A stretch of DNA of 64,000 nt from NCBI GenBank assembly GCA_973895155.1, contig OZ316898.1, positions 1,242,751-1,306,750 of the forward strand. The letters run 5' to 3'. Position 1 is the first letter of the stretch; every line of letters begins with the position of its first letter. Position numbers and translations under genes: made by a program. This DNA comes from Marsupella aquatica. Its lineage: Eukaryota; Plantae; Marchantiophyta. A model generated the notes under the pieces. The model saw nothing but the letters and a program-made list of their open reading frames with translations, searched no databases and was not told the DNA's origin. Shown in pieces: positions 1 to 28,912 of the stretch.

Positions 1-691
1 AACACCTTGTTGCCCACTCGTCTCCCCATACTTAGTCCTCACCGGATGGTCGTTCCGGGGCTTGGACCATAGAGGAGCTTGGCATTGGAGTCAGCGACGC
101 CGAAGCTAAGTGTTAAGGTAATCGAGTTACGCAACTGAGATCCAGCTTTTTTGGCTTCTAGGTCTGCTTGCAAAATGCACTTGGGCGTGATTGAACTATG
201 TCATCTGACTAAAATGCCCTTTTTTCTTCTGACCTTTGATCACCCACAAATAGCCCCTTGCATACACTCATGCACTCTACCTCCCCTCACGCTCCTACTT
301 TTTGATGTGCAACGTATATAAAAGAAGAGTCCGGTCGAAGTTGTGATGGAAAGTCGTTTCAACCTGTGTGCACTTGCACTTAGCATACAGTATGCTGCCA
401 CTTTTTGATGGACCCTGTTTTTCGTTATGTCCTGTAGTTTCAGAAGCCGTGCATTGCAAGTTCCCAAAGACTTACACTGCAAGTTCCCGAAGCCACATAG
501 ACTAGACCGGGGAAGAAGCCCCGTCAACTTCCCAAAGCCACCAAGACCCATTGCCACAAATAAGAATTCTTGAGTTTTCTATGTATGCAACAGTCTGTTG
601 ACTACCACCCACGACGAGTGAGAACACTTTCACGTTGATTTCACTGATAATCTATGACACAGATTTTCTAGAGGGACATCCTGTTCATAGT

Positions 692-700
692 TGTATATAA
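692..700 (+). promoter_or_regulatory. Putative TATA box of SDR gene
   Basis: TGTATATAA about 100 nt upstream of the ATG at 801. Confidence 0.4.
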
Positions 701-800
701 TGAACGACTCCCAGTGAGTGTTAGTGAAGCACTTCAGTTCACTTCCAGTAATCTTCCCAGCACCCAGAAGGTCCTGTAGTAATTTCGAACAGCAATCACG

Positions 801-1883
801 ATGTCTTCGTCGAAAGTCTGGCTCATCACTGGCTGCTCGTCTGGCTTGGGCAATGAGCTAGCGAGAGCTGCTCTTGCTCATGGTGACAAGGTTATTGCAA
901 CGGCTCGCAGTGTTGCAAAACTCGAGAGCTTGAAGGCTGCGGGCGCTGCGACACTCGCGTTGGACGTTACCGCGGGCGATGCAAATGTTCAGAAGGTCAT
1001 CGATGAGGCGCTGAAAATCTATGGCAGGATTGATATCTTGGTCAACAATGCTGGTTATATCCTGGCTGGAACAATCGAGGAATGCAGGTAGGAGACCACT
1101 CTACTGCAACTACATAATTCCTTTACGTTTTCTACGAAGTTCTGTTATCGGGTTATCTTCAACCACTTACTCATATTGGAGGCTCTGTTTCTAATAAGGA
1201 GGTCTCATCGTGTTTTTTGTGTTCCCGCTCACAGTGATGAAGAGAATTGAATGCTCCATTTCTAACACCAGTTTTCTGACTGGTATCACCTCTGATCTAA
1301 CAGTGACGGAGAAACGAAGGCCCAGTTTGAAACCAATGTCTTCGGGGTACTCACTGTCATTCGGGCTGTCCTACCCCACATGCGTTCTCGCAAAACCGGG
1401 CTCATCGCCAATGTCGGCTCTTCGGTCGGTTGGGTCAGCTATCCCGGGAGCGGTCTCTACAGCTCATCTAAATTCGCGCTGGTTGGAATCACGGAGGCAC
1501 TCCGGCAGGAGGTAGCGCATTTGGGCATCGAGGTCACGCTCATCGAACCGGGCGCATTCCGCACTGATTTGGCCAGCAACCGGCAAACTGCGGCGAAGAA
1601 AATCGAGGACTTCCAGCCCGTCAAGGATCGAGTGATGAAAATGGTCTCTGCCATGATGGGTAAACAACCCGGCGATCCGGAGAAGGGGGCACAGTTGCTT
1701 GTTGAAGTGTTGACGAAGAGTGGCCGCTGCGAGGGTCGGACGCTGCCGTTAAGGCTGCCATTGGGGAGCGATTCGGTACCCATGATCCGAGCAGTTTTGG
1801 AGAAGGAGACGAAGACGCTTGGGGAATGGGCGGACATCGTCAGTACGACGGATCACGACGATGTTGCGCAATCTAAGGCATAA
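801..1883 (+). CDS. Classical short-chain dehydrogenase/reductase (NAD(P)-dependent oxidoreductase), 2 exons, 288 aa
   Basis: Exons 801-1087 and 1304-1883; GT..AG intron 1088-1303 joins EEC-S-DGETKAQFETNVFG in frame. Motifs TGCSSGLG (TGxxxGxG), DILVNNAG, YSSSK (YxxxK), IEPGAFRT. Confidence 0.93.
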
Positions 1884-2471
1884 GACAAGGGAGATTTATG
1901 TTGCACATGGCGCTTTCTCTTTGACAATGTCTGAAACGTCTCTGACTCCTGTGTGAGACGAGTTAAATAAGAGACCAAATTGGCCAGTTACGCAGACATC
2001 TAATGAAGATCACAGGCTAGTTTCCCAATTAGAAATCTAGCTGAGATGACACATTGTTGTTCCTTAACTAAACATCTGAAAAAGATCAACGAGTTAGCCC
2101 TTCTATCTGCTCTGCTTCACTAGACCGTGGAGGCTTGGAAGAGGTTGTCCAACTTTGGCCCCGTGGTTCCTGTGAGCCTTAATTATTCGTTGTTATTTCT
2201 CTCGAGAACGCTCTCAGGGATCTATGAAAAGGAGGTTCTGTATGACTCAACTGTGTACACTTTGCTCCAATGTCTCGTGGCCCCCAATCAATCGATCCAA
2301 GCGGTAGGATTGCGATTGATGAAGATAGTTCAAGCTGGATGACTGAATCTGAGTTCGACTAATGACAACCAGGGACCGCGATCTAGCATTGGGTTGCTTT
2401 ACTCCCAGAGTTCAGTAATCACACCTGGATAGCTGCATCAATCTGTCTAGGGACAAATCCACCCTGGAGGT

Positions 2472-2677
2472 CAATTATTGCGTTTTCATCAGATTGAAAC
2501 TACGGAAGCAGCAGCAACGAAAACTATCAATGATGATTGTTTCATTTTTCCATCGGATTAAACAAAGAGTTCGTACAATTATTGAGTTTTCAACAGATTG
2601 AAACCACGGAAGCACCAGCAACGAAAACTATCAATGGTGATTGTTTCATTTTTCCATTGGATTAAACAAAGAGTTCG
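2472..2677. repeat. Direct tandem duplication, 104-bp period, 2 copies
   Basis: caattattg...cagattgaaac...aacaaagagttcg starts at 2472 and again at 2576, with few substitutions. Confidence 0.85.
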
Positions 2678-3060
2678 AGTGATCGTATTCACGATGACCA
2701 GGAATTCGTGACTGTCAAATGTTTTTTTGCTTCATTGAGACTTATGAGAATTTATACATGGAGAGTGATACTCCTCCGTAACTCACCTCGTCATATGATT
2801 TAACCCACAAACTCGGACTGCGTACCATTTGTAAACGATCCGGAAAGCACCTCATCGTATAATTTAGCCCACTCACTCCGAAAAGGCGAAGAGTGTGAAT
2901 TGTTTTGTGACAAAATGCGCCATTTCTAATACCCCTCCCTAAAGGCAGCCAGTGTCAATTATTGGGGCAAAATGCCAACTGCATTGGCTGTGATGGCCAG
3001 TTTGATTGATTGGTGAATTGGCTGTGATTACGAGTTTGTTTGATTGGTGACGAAACTATA

Positions 3061-3387
3061 CTTTTCTTCACGGTTAATTAGTGTGACTAACACTAATTTG
3101 TTAACATTATATTGAGTGTTATTGTGATCTCAAGTGTTATTGTGATCTCAAGAGTTAAAATAACAATAGATTGAAACAAACTATTTGAAAAATCCACAAG
3201 AATTCCCGTTTTCTTGAACTCAATATCATCTTGTTTTGACTAGCAAGTTAAACAAAAGTAAAAAAACAAAAAAACAAAAAAACTTTTCTGACAAAAAGAC
3301 AAAAATTAGTGTTATTTGAATTCAAAGTCAATTTAAGTTTTTACTTACACTAATTTTTGCATAACACTAATTATGCCGTGAACAGTG
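3061..3387. mobile_element. Putative MITE (imperfect terminal inverted repeats, AT-rich interior)
   Basis: ttcacggttaattagtgt (from 3067) is the near reverse complement of acactaattatgccgtgaa (3364-3382). Internal 20-bp tandem agtgttattgtgatctcaag x2. Confidence 0.5.
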
Positions 3388-3615
3388 TAAATATGAAATC
3401 CAGTGGTCATACTCAATGCAGGACAATTTTTACTTACACTAATTAGACAAAATGTAGACAAGGTGCAAATTTTTTGTATTATTGGACATCCAGATTCTTT
3501 TTGCCCCCACTCAATGTTTTTCTTTTCCTAGACCCCTCTCTAGGTCTATAGCCAACTTGCAAACCATCTGGAGTCTTAAAAATATACTTACAATATAAGA
3601 GGCAGCAAAAATCAA

Positions 3616-4050
3616 TAGAAATTAAAAATCACTAGTGATTCACTAGAAATTAAAAATCACTAGTGACTCACTAATCACACTGTTCTCTCTACCAAACTTC
3701 CTATTTGCTTGCATAATACAATATCTCCCATGCAGACCTTACACTTTTTACCCCTTCACTCATTCACACTCTTCCATTTATCAACATGTTTTGAATGAAA
3801 AAACTACTTTGAAGTCTCAAATTGCATATAATCACCTTCTACACCTTCACTCACGGACCCTCTTCTCCTTTCCAATATGTTTTTAACAAACAAAAAATTG
3901 AAGTCTCAAATTGAATATATATTTTTTGACTAAAATAATGTTCTAATGGAGGAAGTCATTCAACCATGTAAATGAATGGACCATATGACACCTTTTACTC
4001 TTTCACTCGTCTACACTCTTCCTCATTCTAACATGTTTTCCACAGCAAGG
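3616..4050. repeat. Degenerate tandem repeats (23-bp duplication, then ~3 copies of a ~90-bp unit)
   Basis: tagaaattaaaaatcactagtga x2; ttcactc...ctcttc...a(a/c)atgtttt x3 and ttgaagtctcaaattg x2. Confidence 0.55.
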
Positions 4051-4867
4051 TTTGACTTTCAATAACTCACTTGGTTCTACTCCAACACCAAGTTCGTAGA
4101 TACACAAAAATTTCCAAACCGTATTTGATATGGACAAGTTTCTACAAAACTTCTACCACCGTGTGGATTTGGTGGAATTCTCTTGAGCCAAGGACGCTCA
4201 CCACTCTTCCCCATATGCATCAATGTTCCCAGTTCCCACCTATTAAAACCTATTGATTTCCAAAGACACCACGTTGGCTCTATGTAGTTAACTGAGAAGT
4301 CCAGCAAATATTCCAACCAAGAATTTCTCGAATTGATAAGCGGATCTCCTGTTTTCCTTCCGGGTGCCATAGAGCGACCTAGATGTTCTGAAATCCCACA
4401 ACATAAAGAAATTAAGCCTTGTTTTATTCAAAGTTATATGTCATCCACATTTCCTGCGGACGGCTCCATCATTTGATTCTTTTCTAGCGATCTTGGTGAC
4501 TACACCGTTCTGTCAGTGAGTACGAACTCCCATCTCTATCAAGAATTAAAAATCATAATCTCAATCGTTCATCACAACACTACAATGATTCCAAATTCTG
4601 ATAGAATTCCTCTTCTGATCAGAATACTTTCTACATCAAGGCACTATTACTTGTTAAGTAGCAAACTTGACGTACCCTAAATTTGCCTCTAATTTATCAC
4701 CAAACTTACTCCATACATATAAGTATGTGGCTCACTTCAGATAACTTGGGTTAGAGTGACTACATAGACATAGCTGTCCTAAGTCTGATCAGATTGTGAC
4801 AGCATGTGCTTTGCAGCCACCAAAAGACGTATTTAACAGTCAAAGAAACAAAAATCCAGATATCCAA

Positions 4868-9246
<4,379 letters not shown>

Positions 9247-9329
9247 GACTCACTCCCGCCCGACGACGAAGCAGCAGGCCAACGAATTCTCTTGCCAACA
9301 GTCCTCGACAACTCACTGAGAGAGCCTTC

Positions 9330-9780
9330 TCTGCAGCAGTCTCCCGTAGTCTGATCTCTCCTCTAAGCTCGTCACTGGGCTTTTCTCGTCGTCCAAATTC
9401 TTGTCGTCCCTTCTCTCTCCTTCCCGTTCTCTGTTCCCTCCTCTCCTAACTTCTCCGGAAAATCCTCTCTTGTCGTCGAACGCTGTTCTCTTGTTCTCTC
9501 AGGTCAAAACTCCGCTCTCGTCTCGAATTCTCTTTCTTCTATCGTCGTCCCGTTCTCTGTCCGCTCAAAACTCCGCTCTCGTCTCGAATTCTCTTTCTTC
9601 TATCGTCGTCCCGTTCTCTGTCCACAGCGAATTTGACGATCTCTTCTCACAGCTTCGCCTGTTCGCCCTTCTTCCAATTCTCCGGAGCAATTTTTCTCTC
9701 TCAATTTTCTCCGTCGTCTCTCTTCCAATTCTCTATTCGTCTCTCTCAGAATCTGCGCCTCTACTTCCACCGAACAAGCT
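9330..9780. repeat. CT-rich low-complexity tract with a 61-bp tandem duplication, probably ALDH3 5' UTR/promoter
   Basis: tcaaaactccgctctcgtctcgaattctctttcttctatcgtcgtcccgttctctgtcc at ~9504 and ~9565. TATA-like TTTATAA on the minus strand at ~9873-9879. Confidence 0.6.
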
Positions 9781-11448
9781 TGACCCCGCCTCACGACGAC
9801 TGTGGCAGGTGGGCAAGGATCTCGTTCGAATGACCGACGAAAACTGCGCCGGAGATTTGTCTCGCAATCTCCTTATAAATGAAGCGAGTTTCATTCTCAC
9901 AAGTCACGACGCCGATCTCGAAATTCGATCCTCCATTATTGCGTTGGAGATGGCGCCAAAATTCGGAAGCGTTCGGGGTTTTCGTGTTGGGTAATCCATT
10001 CCTTAAACCCTTGGAACCTTCGTGGGATCTGTTACGTGTAGAGCTCCCACTGGCCCACTTTCTGGACCGGCCTCAAGGAGAGGATCGCTGGACCAGATTG
10101 TGGGTCCACTCATGGAACCCCGACCATGCCCCGCTAAACCTAACCCCAACCCCAAATCCCGGTGGTTGTTGTCAGACCACCAAAGAACGACAAAGTGCAA
10201 ATAGTTTTGTTCTTTGTTTTTATCATGGTGTTTTTTTTTTTCCCCCCTTTTTCAACCTGAAAACCCCGCCCCCCCCCCCCAATTTTTTTCCCATCTTTTT
10301 CACTATATTTTTGGTCTCCTTTTTCTCTCATTGATTACAGTGGGCATTACCTTATTGACTATGTAATACCTGCAATTAGACTCTTGTTATTATTCCAGAG
10401 GATTATCATGCAATATTGTGTGGAGTATGGATGGTAGAGTGAGGAGCACTTCCTATGCATGAACGCTGCAAGGAAAACTTGATACTCTTGCAGTCTGTAG
10501 CGCTCCCTTTTTCTTCTTGCTTTGGAAACTGTGCGTTCATTCACATTCACACTACATATTATTCCCTTTTTAATTTCTTCTTCCCATTTTTCCCAGTTGT
10601 TTTTTCAACGCAAAACACCTGCCAAATTTGAAAGACGCCAAACATCTTTGGAAGTACAAAGAAAGACAAAAGAAATGTGCCCAAATGTAGGTTTGTGGTT
10701 TGTGAAAATAATGACTTTGATTACATCAGATTAAATGTTGTAGATGTCCAAAAAGCCCCAACTTTTTTCAGTACTTATCTTGGATCACAATTTTCAGCTC
10801 AAACAGAGTTCATATCCAACATCCACTAATATAAACTATCGAGTTTTACAAAAACATTACACTCAGTCTGCAGATTCAATTGTGCCCCAAGTCAAACAGT
10901 GGCACCCTGTGCAGCGGAGAAGGACTCAACCTCGGCTTCATTTAAGTGCAGTATTATTGCAGTTTAAGAACTGTCAAGGGTTCACCTGCAGAAGTTCTTG
11001 GTTACACAGCCAGTGTCCTTGTCCCCCAAGCAAAACCTGGTGGATCCAGCCTACAAATTAGGCAAAATGTTTTTTAAAAAATAAATTTTAAAATGCATTA
11101 TTTTTGTCCTCCCTAACCTGCTGGACAGTGGAGGCCAAGTCTAAAATCCATCTTTGTTGTCCATCAAATCCAAACTATGCATGAGGCCCCTTCTATCCTT
11201 CTTTGTATTATGTGTCATCCAATCTTCCTGGATTTAAGCATGACCATTGTATCTGGCAACCAGCCCCATTCGCCAACTAAGTTTTCTGCAACCTTGGTCA
11301 CAAAACCTCATCTTACTAATAAGTGCATGGAACCCTACTTTTTAGGGCTATTAGAGTGAAGCGTCTAGAACTTAATCCAGAGGAATAACTTGAAGTGCAT
11401 ACATAAAACAGGGAAGAGGGCCAAGACAATGGGAAATAATATGGAATA

Positions 11449-11715
11449 CTAGCCCAATGCCTGGTGTTGAGGTGAAAAAAGATGGTGTGGAAAATTGTCG
11501 ATGAGATAAAAAGATGTCGAGGTGAAAAAAAATGTTGCCAGTGTGAAAAAAAAAATCGATGAAAGAAAAAGATGTCGAGGCGAAGAAAAGAAGTCAAAGT
11601 GAAAAAAAGATGTTGAGGAGAGAAAAGATGGCAAGGTGGAAAGAGATGTAAAAATGAGGAAAACATGTCGAGGAGAGAAAGATGTTGACGGTGAGGGAAA
11701 GATGCCGTGGTGATG
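11449..11715 (-). mobile_element. Truncated Helitron 3' fragment with ~19-bp AAAAGATGTYGAGGTGAG minisatellite
   Basis: Minus strand ends ggcattgggCTAG|T at 11449. Same minisatellite as the Helitron at 12082-13362; terminal hairpin and 5' end not found. Confidence 0.5.
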
Positions 11716-12081
11716 TAAACTTATTAATATTTTTAATACATAAATGCATACTTATTTTTTTTAAATGGGGGGCAGGAAAATACAAATTATTTCACTTTAT
11801 TCCCTTCTTTGTTTTTCCTTACTATTTACTCAGTTTTTGTTCGTTTTTTAACTTTTTCTGGCCCTCCCCTTTTTATTCCTCCATGCCAATATCTCCTTAC
11901 CTTTTCCCTCATCTTTGAATAGTGCTTTATCTTTATGAGAGTATAAAAAGTGTCAATTTGTCTTTCCTTTTTGCCTCATCTTTGGATAGTGCTTTATCTT
12001 TATATCTTTATGAGTATTATAAGTGCACCCCTTTTCCCTCATCTTTGAATAGTGCTTTGTCTTTGTATCTTTATGAGAGTA

Positions 12082-13362
12082 CTAGCCTCATGCCCGTGCT
12101 TTGCACGGAAGATGTCAAGGAGAGACAAAGATATGGAGGAGACGACAAGATGTTAAGGTGAGGGCAAGATGTTGAGGAGAGGCAAAGATGTTGAGATGAG
12201 AAAAGATGTGAAGATAAGGAAAAGATGTTGGGGAGAGAAAAGATGTCGAGGGTGCGGGAAATATTGTGTGGTGAGATAAATATGTCAAGGTGAGAAAAAC
12301 ATGCAAGATGAGAAAAAGATAAGATGTCAAGGTGAGGAAAAGATTTCAAGCCAGGAGAGAAAAGACCTCGAGGAGAGAAAAGATGTCAAGAGTGAGAAAA
12401 AAATGTTGTGGTGAGATAAAGATATCAATGTGAAAAAATAAAGTGAGAAAGATATCTTTATCACACCACAACAATAGCAAAATAAAGATGTTAAGGAGAG
12501 ATAAACATATATATTAGAATAATGTTAATGTGTTGCCCAATTGCTGAGCATACTAAAATGGCCACCTTTTCCTCCATGAAATAATTAATGTTTTTATAGG
12601 CAAGCTCAGGGCAGTTGGGCAGAAAGTTAAAATAAAATTAGTGTATGGGTGGAGGATGCTAAAAAGATGTTATGTGATCATGGGTTAGGATTTCCTCCTT
12701 TATGTTTCTCATTTTGGAAATATATAGACAAAAAAATTCTGGCAGAATAAAGCATTGTAGTTTGATATCATAAGCCAATCAAGTTTTTATATTACTTGTT
12801 TGCTTGACCAAGGTTACATTTTGCTGGATTTTTTTCTGTTTATATTATTCCCTTTATACCAAGTGAAAGGTAGAAAGGCCTACAAGCATATTCTTTGTTT
12901 TTAAATCCAAATATGTTTTTATTTATTATGCTGTCATTGCATTCAAAGAGAATTTTGGGTAGGAAATTGTCAAGGCCCATAGTACTTGACATGAAAAAGT
13001 TGTCTTTGTGAATCAAGCATGGAGATGGAGAGTGAGGAGGTACATACTGTACCCTCACCACGGAGGGCAAGAAAGGTATTGTGTACCTTGGCTGTATCAT
13101 CAGACCTTTAATTCTTCAATGTACTTTTTATTCTTTTGTCCTTTTAAGGTACGCCATGACTCAGGACTAAGGAGTATCAGGGTATTGTATTGACACGGGA
13201 GGGCAAGGGCACATCATGCAAGGGCAACACCTAGTTCAATGAAAGGGCCTTTGTTTAAGACCCTAAACATGATCTAATGGCCAGAAATGTTTACCGCCCA
13301 TATTGCATTTCATAATGGGACGAAGGACTAAAATGAGCAGGATAGTGTATTATAGTTGTAGA
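12082..13362 (-). mobile_element. Non-autonomous Helitron, 1281 bp
   Basis: Minus strand: 5' A|TCTACAACTATAATAC; 3' hairpin CCGTGC-AAA-GCACGG (12094-12108) then CTAG|T. Removing it restores gagagta+taataagtgcaccc, matching the flanking repeat unit gagagtataataagtccaccc at ~13438. No TSD; A|T insertion. Confidence 0.88.
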
Positions 13363-13808
13363 TAATAAGTGCACCCTTTTAGAGTGGTAGTCCCCATGAG
13401 AGAGTAAAAAGGACTTTGGATAGTGCTTCACCTTTATGAGAGTATAATAAGTCCACCCTTGTCAAGTTGTAGTCCCCATGAGAGAGTGAAAAGGACAATC
13501 TAATACAATTCATAATTGTATTCTCAAGTATAATTATTCTTGTTCTCACCTAAAGCTATTGCAATGTCATTATATGTGTATGTGTACCTTGGCCACAAGA
13601 ACCATGGTGAAACTATTTCATACATCTTTCCTATTATTAATTAATAATCAAATGGTTAAAAAAGTCACCCAAATGATCTAATGGTTGTCATTCATTCCCG
13701 TCCAAACTATATTTTGTAACGGGACTAAGGACAAAAATGAAGAGAATCCAATATTATAGATGTAGGTTTTTTTGCAATACTTTGTTTTCGAGGAGCCTGT
13801 AATCAGAG

Positions 13809-14860
13809 TAATGAAAATAATAACTAGCCACTCATTACTTTGGGTCGTAATGTCAGAAGACACAACAGATTCATCACTGAAGTGACAAATTTTGATCAAA
13901 GCTGGTGTACAACACAGACTAGAAAGCCTGTATTCACGCTAATGAAAATAATAACTAGCCACTCATTACTTTGGGTCGTAGTCAGAAGACAACAGATTCA
14001 TCACTGAAGTGACAAATTTTGATCAAAGCTGGTGTAAAACACAGACTAGACTAGAAGAACAGAATCGTCAATGGAGAGGAAACAACCGAGGTCAGATGGG
14101 CACCACCACACATCAGTAGTGACGACTAACAAGAGCTTTTGCAGGCGAGATTCTCCTTCTGTCGGTGTCAATCCTTCACACCAACTTTGGTCAGATGGGC
14201 ACCACCACACATCAGCAGTGACGACTAACAAGAGCTTTTGCAGGCGAGATTCTCCTTCTGTCGGTGTCAATCCTTCACACCAACTTTGCTCCGCTGACTC
14301 TGCTCATTCTCAGCAGTGGTTCCTTGGCACCTCTAGACACCTCTAGACATGTGTGTGTGTGTGAGAGGGGGTGATCAATCTAATTGATGTATCAAAGCAA
14401 TTTTAGAATTTAGATCACGGGATGTGACATCTTTTCGAGTACAATCAAGTCCATCGATGGCAATTTGTCAAGTCAGAAGGGGTGATCAGTAATTGATGTA
14501 TCAAAACTTTAGTTAGAAAAATTCTACTATTTAGATCCAGGGATGTGAAATTTTTCCGAGTAAATGAAAGTCCATCGATGGCAGTTTGTCAAGTCAGAAG
14601 AATACAATTCAAGCAAGATTCTTTGGCCGGATCCTGGCCAGGGTTGCTGGCACCTCTAGACCCGTGTGTGTGTGTGTGTGTGTTGGTGGGCCGGTGACCA
14701 ATCTAATTGACGTTTCAAAATTCTAGTTAGAAGAATTTTAGAATTTAGACCAAGATAGTTTTTCAAGTAGACGAAAGTCCATCGATGACAATTCGTCAAG
14801 TCAGAAGGGTTCATTCAACCAAGATTCTGACGAATTTCTTTGACCGGATCCTGGCCAAGG
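13809..14860. repeat. Series of consecutive tandem duplications (~130-bp x2, 99-bp x2, ~120-300-bp composite) with (GT)n microsatellites
   Basis: 13809-13923 ~ 13940-14049; 14090-14188 ~ 14189-14288; aagtccatcgatgrca(a/g)ttygtcaagtcagaag x3 (~14447, ~14567, ~14775); ggcacctctaga followed by (gt)n x2. Confidence 0.85.
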
Positions 14861-15805
14861 TTGCAGATGAGAAACCGCTAAACTTTTCAGTTGCAATCTA
14901 TAAATTGCGCAGTTTCGATTTTTTAAGAAAGGCATGAAAACTGTCAGCTCATCTGTCCCTTCCCCATAGAAGAACGACATCATCTTGCTTTGGGGCACGA
15001 AGAGAAATTACTGCGTTGTATCGGCAAGAATTTCTCATATTTCCTCATATGGGTTCGCAGAAAAGACTGCAATTGCCAGATAAAAATTCTCAGATATCAA
15101 CCCAATGACAGGTTCTTAGGTCGGGAACAGTGTAAACCAAGACATCTGCTTGCAAAAGCAATTACCAGCTTCTGGAGAAGGCAGCCTGAAGTTAGGCACT
15201 GAATATATACCCCTCAATTCTGTGACTGCGTTGAGTAATTTAATATTATACACAGAGACAGGAACCCCAAAAGAGATACTTTACAACCGACCTGCCAAGC
15301 TAATTAATGGTAAAACACCGCCGACTGAAAAGTCAGGGTGGTCCCTAAGGATCACATAAACAGGCTCCGAACGAGTAATAATCCCAAGCACACAACTGGA
15401 AGAACCCTTATCTATTTACTTTAGACGACTAGCTACCCCTAGTACGCTAATGAAGACAAATGTGCTCCAATACAACATGAAGGACGGGAAGAAGCTCAAA
15501 TTGACAAAGCTAATAAAAGCTGCAAGTATCTGCAGGTCGCTCTTGAGCAATAGCAGAACTGCTACCTGATAGATATCAACGTTTAGCACTGCTTGGAACT
15601 GACCATCAAACATTTACTACTAAATCAATTTTGTACAATCGGGATGTTGGCAAACTCAGGTGTGGAAAATAGTAAGGGGGCCATTTCTCCAAGTGGACAT
15701 TTGCACATTTCCTCATCTTTCTGCAAAATAATAGCCACTGCTTTAGCCACGAGGACTGCACTGCAACGAGATGTAGTCGAAGAACAACACGTTCTCTACA
15801 CCAAA

Positions 15806-27423
<11,618 letters not shown>

Positions 27424-28009
27424 TGCTGCTGCACGCCAAGCACAGCACAGCACTTGTCCAGGAGCTGCCACTCCTTCACACCAACAAGAAAAACAGCTCA
27501 CGAACAGGCCTCACTTGGGCATTGTGAGGACTCTCCACCACTCCAATGTAGAGGCGGCTTCTCCAACATCTGCCAGACAACATTGCCGAATCCAGCAGCG
27601 AGATCCAATCCTCGCCTCCGCGTTCGTTCCTGCGCTCTCCAACCCCGCCCACCCTCCAAGCAGCCAGTTCAACTCAGCTGCGCACCCTCAGTGTGACTGC
27701 TGAAGACACCAAGTCTCACTCACTCACTCCTCACTCACTCACTCGTACTGGACAGGCAGGTCGCCAGCTGCTGTAGCAGCTACAGAGGCTGGTATCTCGC
27801 TCTCGAGAGCACGAGACTAAGTGTCCGGACGCCTTCCGTCCACACACATTGAGTCGCTGCTCGGTGCCCACTGTTTATTCAGACACACATTCAGTCCTCT
27901 CGCGCTGTTGTACAATACGGAGAGCGCGGCATAAAGAGCATGGTTGCAGATATGACACATTCCTTTCCAGCTATTCCGTCTCTGCTCTGCAGATAACCCA
28001 ACTCGGAGG

Positions 28010-28335
28010 CCGGAGCTGCTGGTTGGGAGGTTGAGTTTCCCAAACCGAACAACTCATAAAAGTAGTCCAGGGCTGAATTTGAGTTTGAGCTGCTTTGCAT
28101 TCATGTCGTTGAACAACGCTCGAAAGCAGTCAATGAGTTGAGTTGGAGCTGCTGCTTTGGGACTTTGGAAGGTTCAGTGTCATGATTGCGTTCCCCAAAT
28201 CGAACAGCAGTCATCAAGGACTGAACTCGAGATCATGGTGCTGCTGCTTGGGAGGTCGACTGAGTTACCTCAACCGAAAGAACGATCAGGAGCAGTGAAG
28301 GGCTGAAGGGAGCTCGAGCTGCTGCGTGGGAGGCA
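28010..28335. repeat. Degenerate ~75-bp repeats upstream of PIR/CYFIP
   Basis: Recurrent gctgctg(n)tgggagg...gagtt...aaccgaa...gggctgaa blocks. Confidence 0.45.
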
Positions 28336-28552
28336 GAGAACTGTAGTAATATTAAATAATAAAACTGCCCCATAGCCCAAAAGGAGGAACAGATTAACAG
28401 AATGATTGATAATGATGGCAGCGGTCAAGGACTGAAGTTGAGTTGACGAAGAAAGTATTACACTGTAGACTTGTAGAGAGATCAGTCACGTGAACATACA
28501 CAGACGAAACAAAGGGGCAGACCTGGACTACGTGATTACCGGTTAGGGACAC

Positions 28553-28912
28553 AAAAAGTTCTGGCCTACCAAATTTATAATCCATAACTTTTTTCTATGA
28601 TTCTGTGAAGATTGGTCCTATGCTATGACCATTGGTAACTGTTTAGGCTAGTGAAAAACAAAACAAGAAATAGTTCTGGACTACCAAATTTATAGTACAT
28701 GACTTTTTGCTATGAAGATTGGTCCTATGCCATGGCCATTCGTAACTGTTTAAGGCTAGTGAAAAACAAAACAAAAAATACTTTTGCATAATCTTATGCA
28801 AAAGTTATGACCATTCTTTTGTGGCCATTAGTAACTGTTTAGGCTAGTGAAAAACAAAACAAAACATACTTGTACATAATCTTATGAAAAATTTATTACC
28901 ATTATTTTATGA
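28553..28912. repeat. Tandem/subterminal repeats (~100-118-bp units) of an unclassified TE family
   Basis: gtaactgttta(a)ggctagtgaaaaacaaaacaa x3; gttctggMctaccaaatttata x2. A related inverted array lies at 40420-40660. Confidence 0.75.

Noticed and set aside
9401-9994. 197-aa Ser/Leu-rich ORF
   Set aside because: Product of CT-rich low-complexity sequence antisense to the ALDH3 upstream region; no recognisable domain.
10130-10160. Telomeric repeat or interstitial telomere (also ~31575)
   Set aside because: Only one or two degenerate CCCTAAA-like units.
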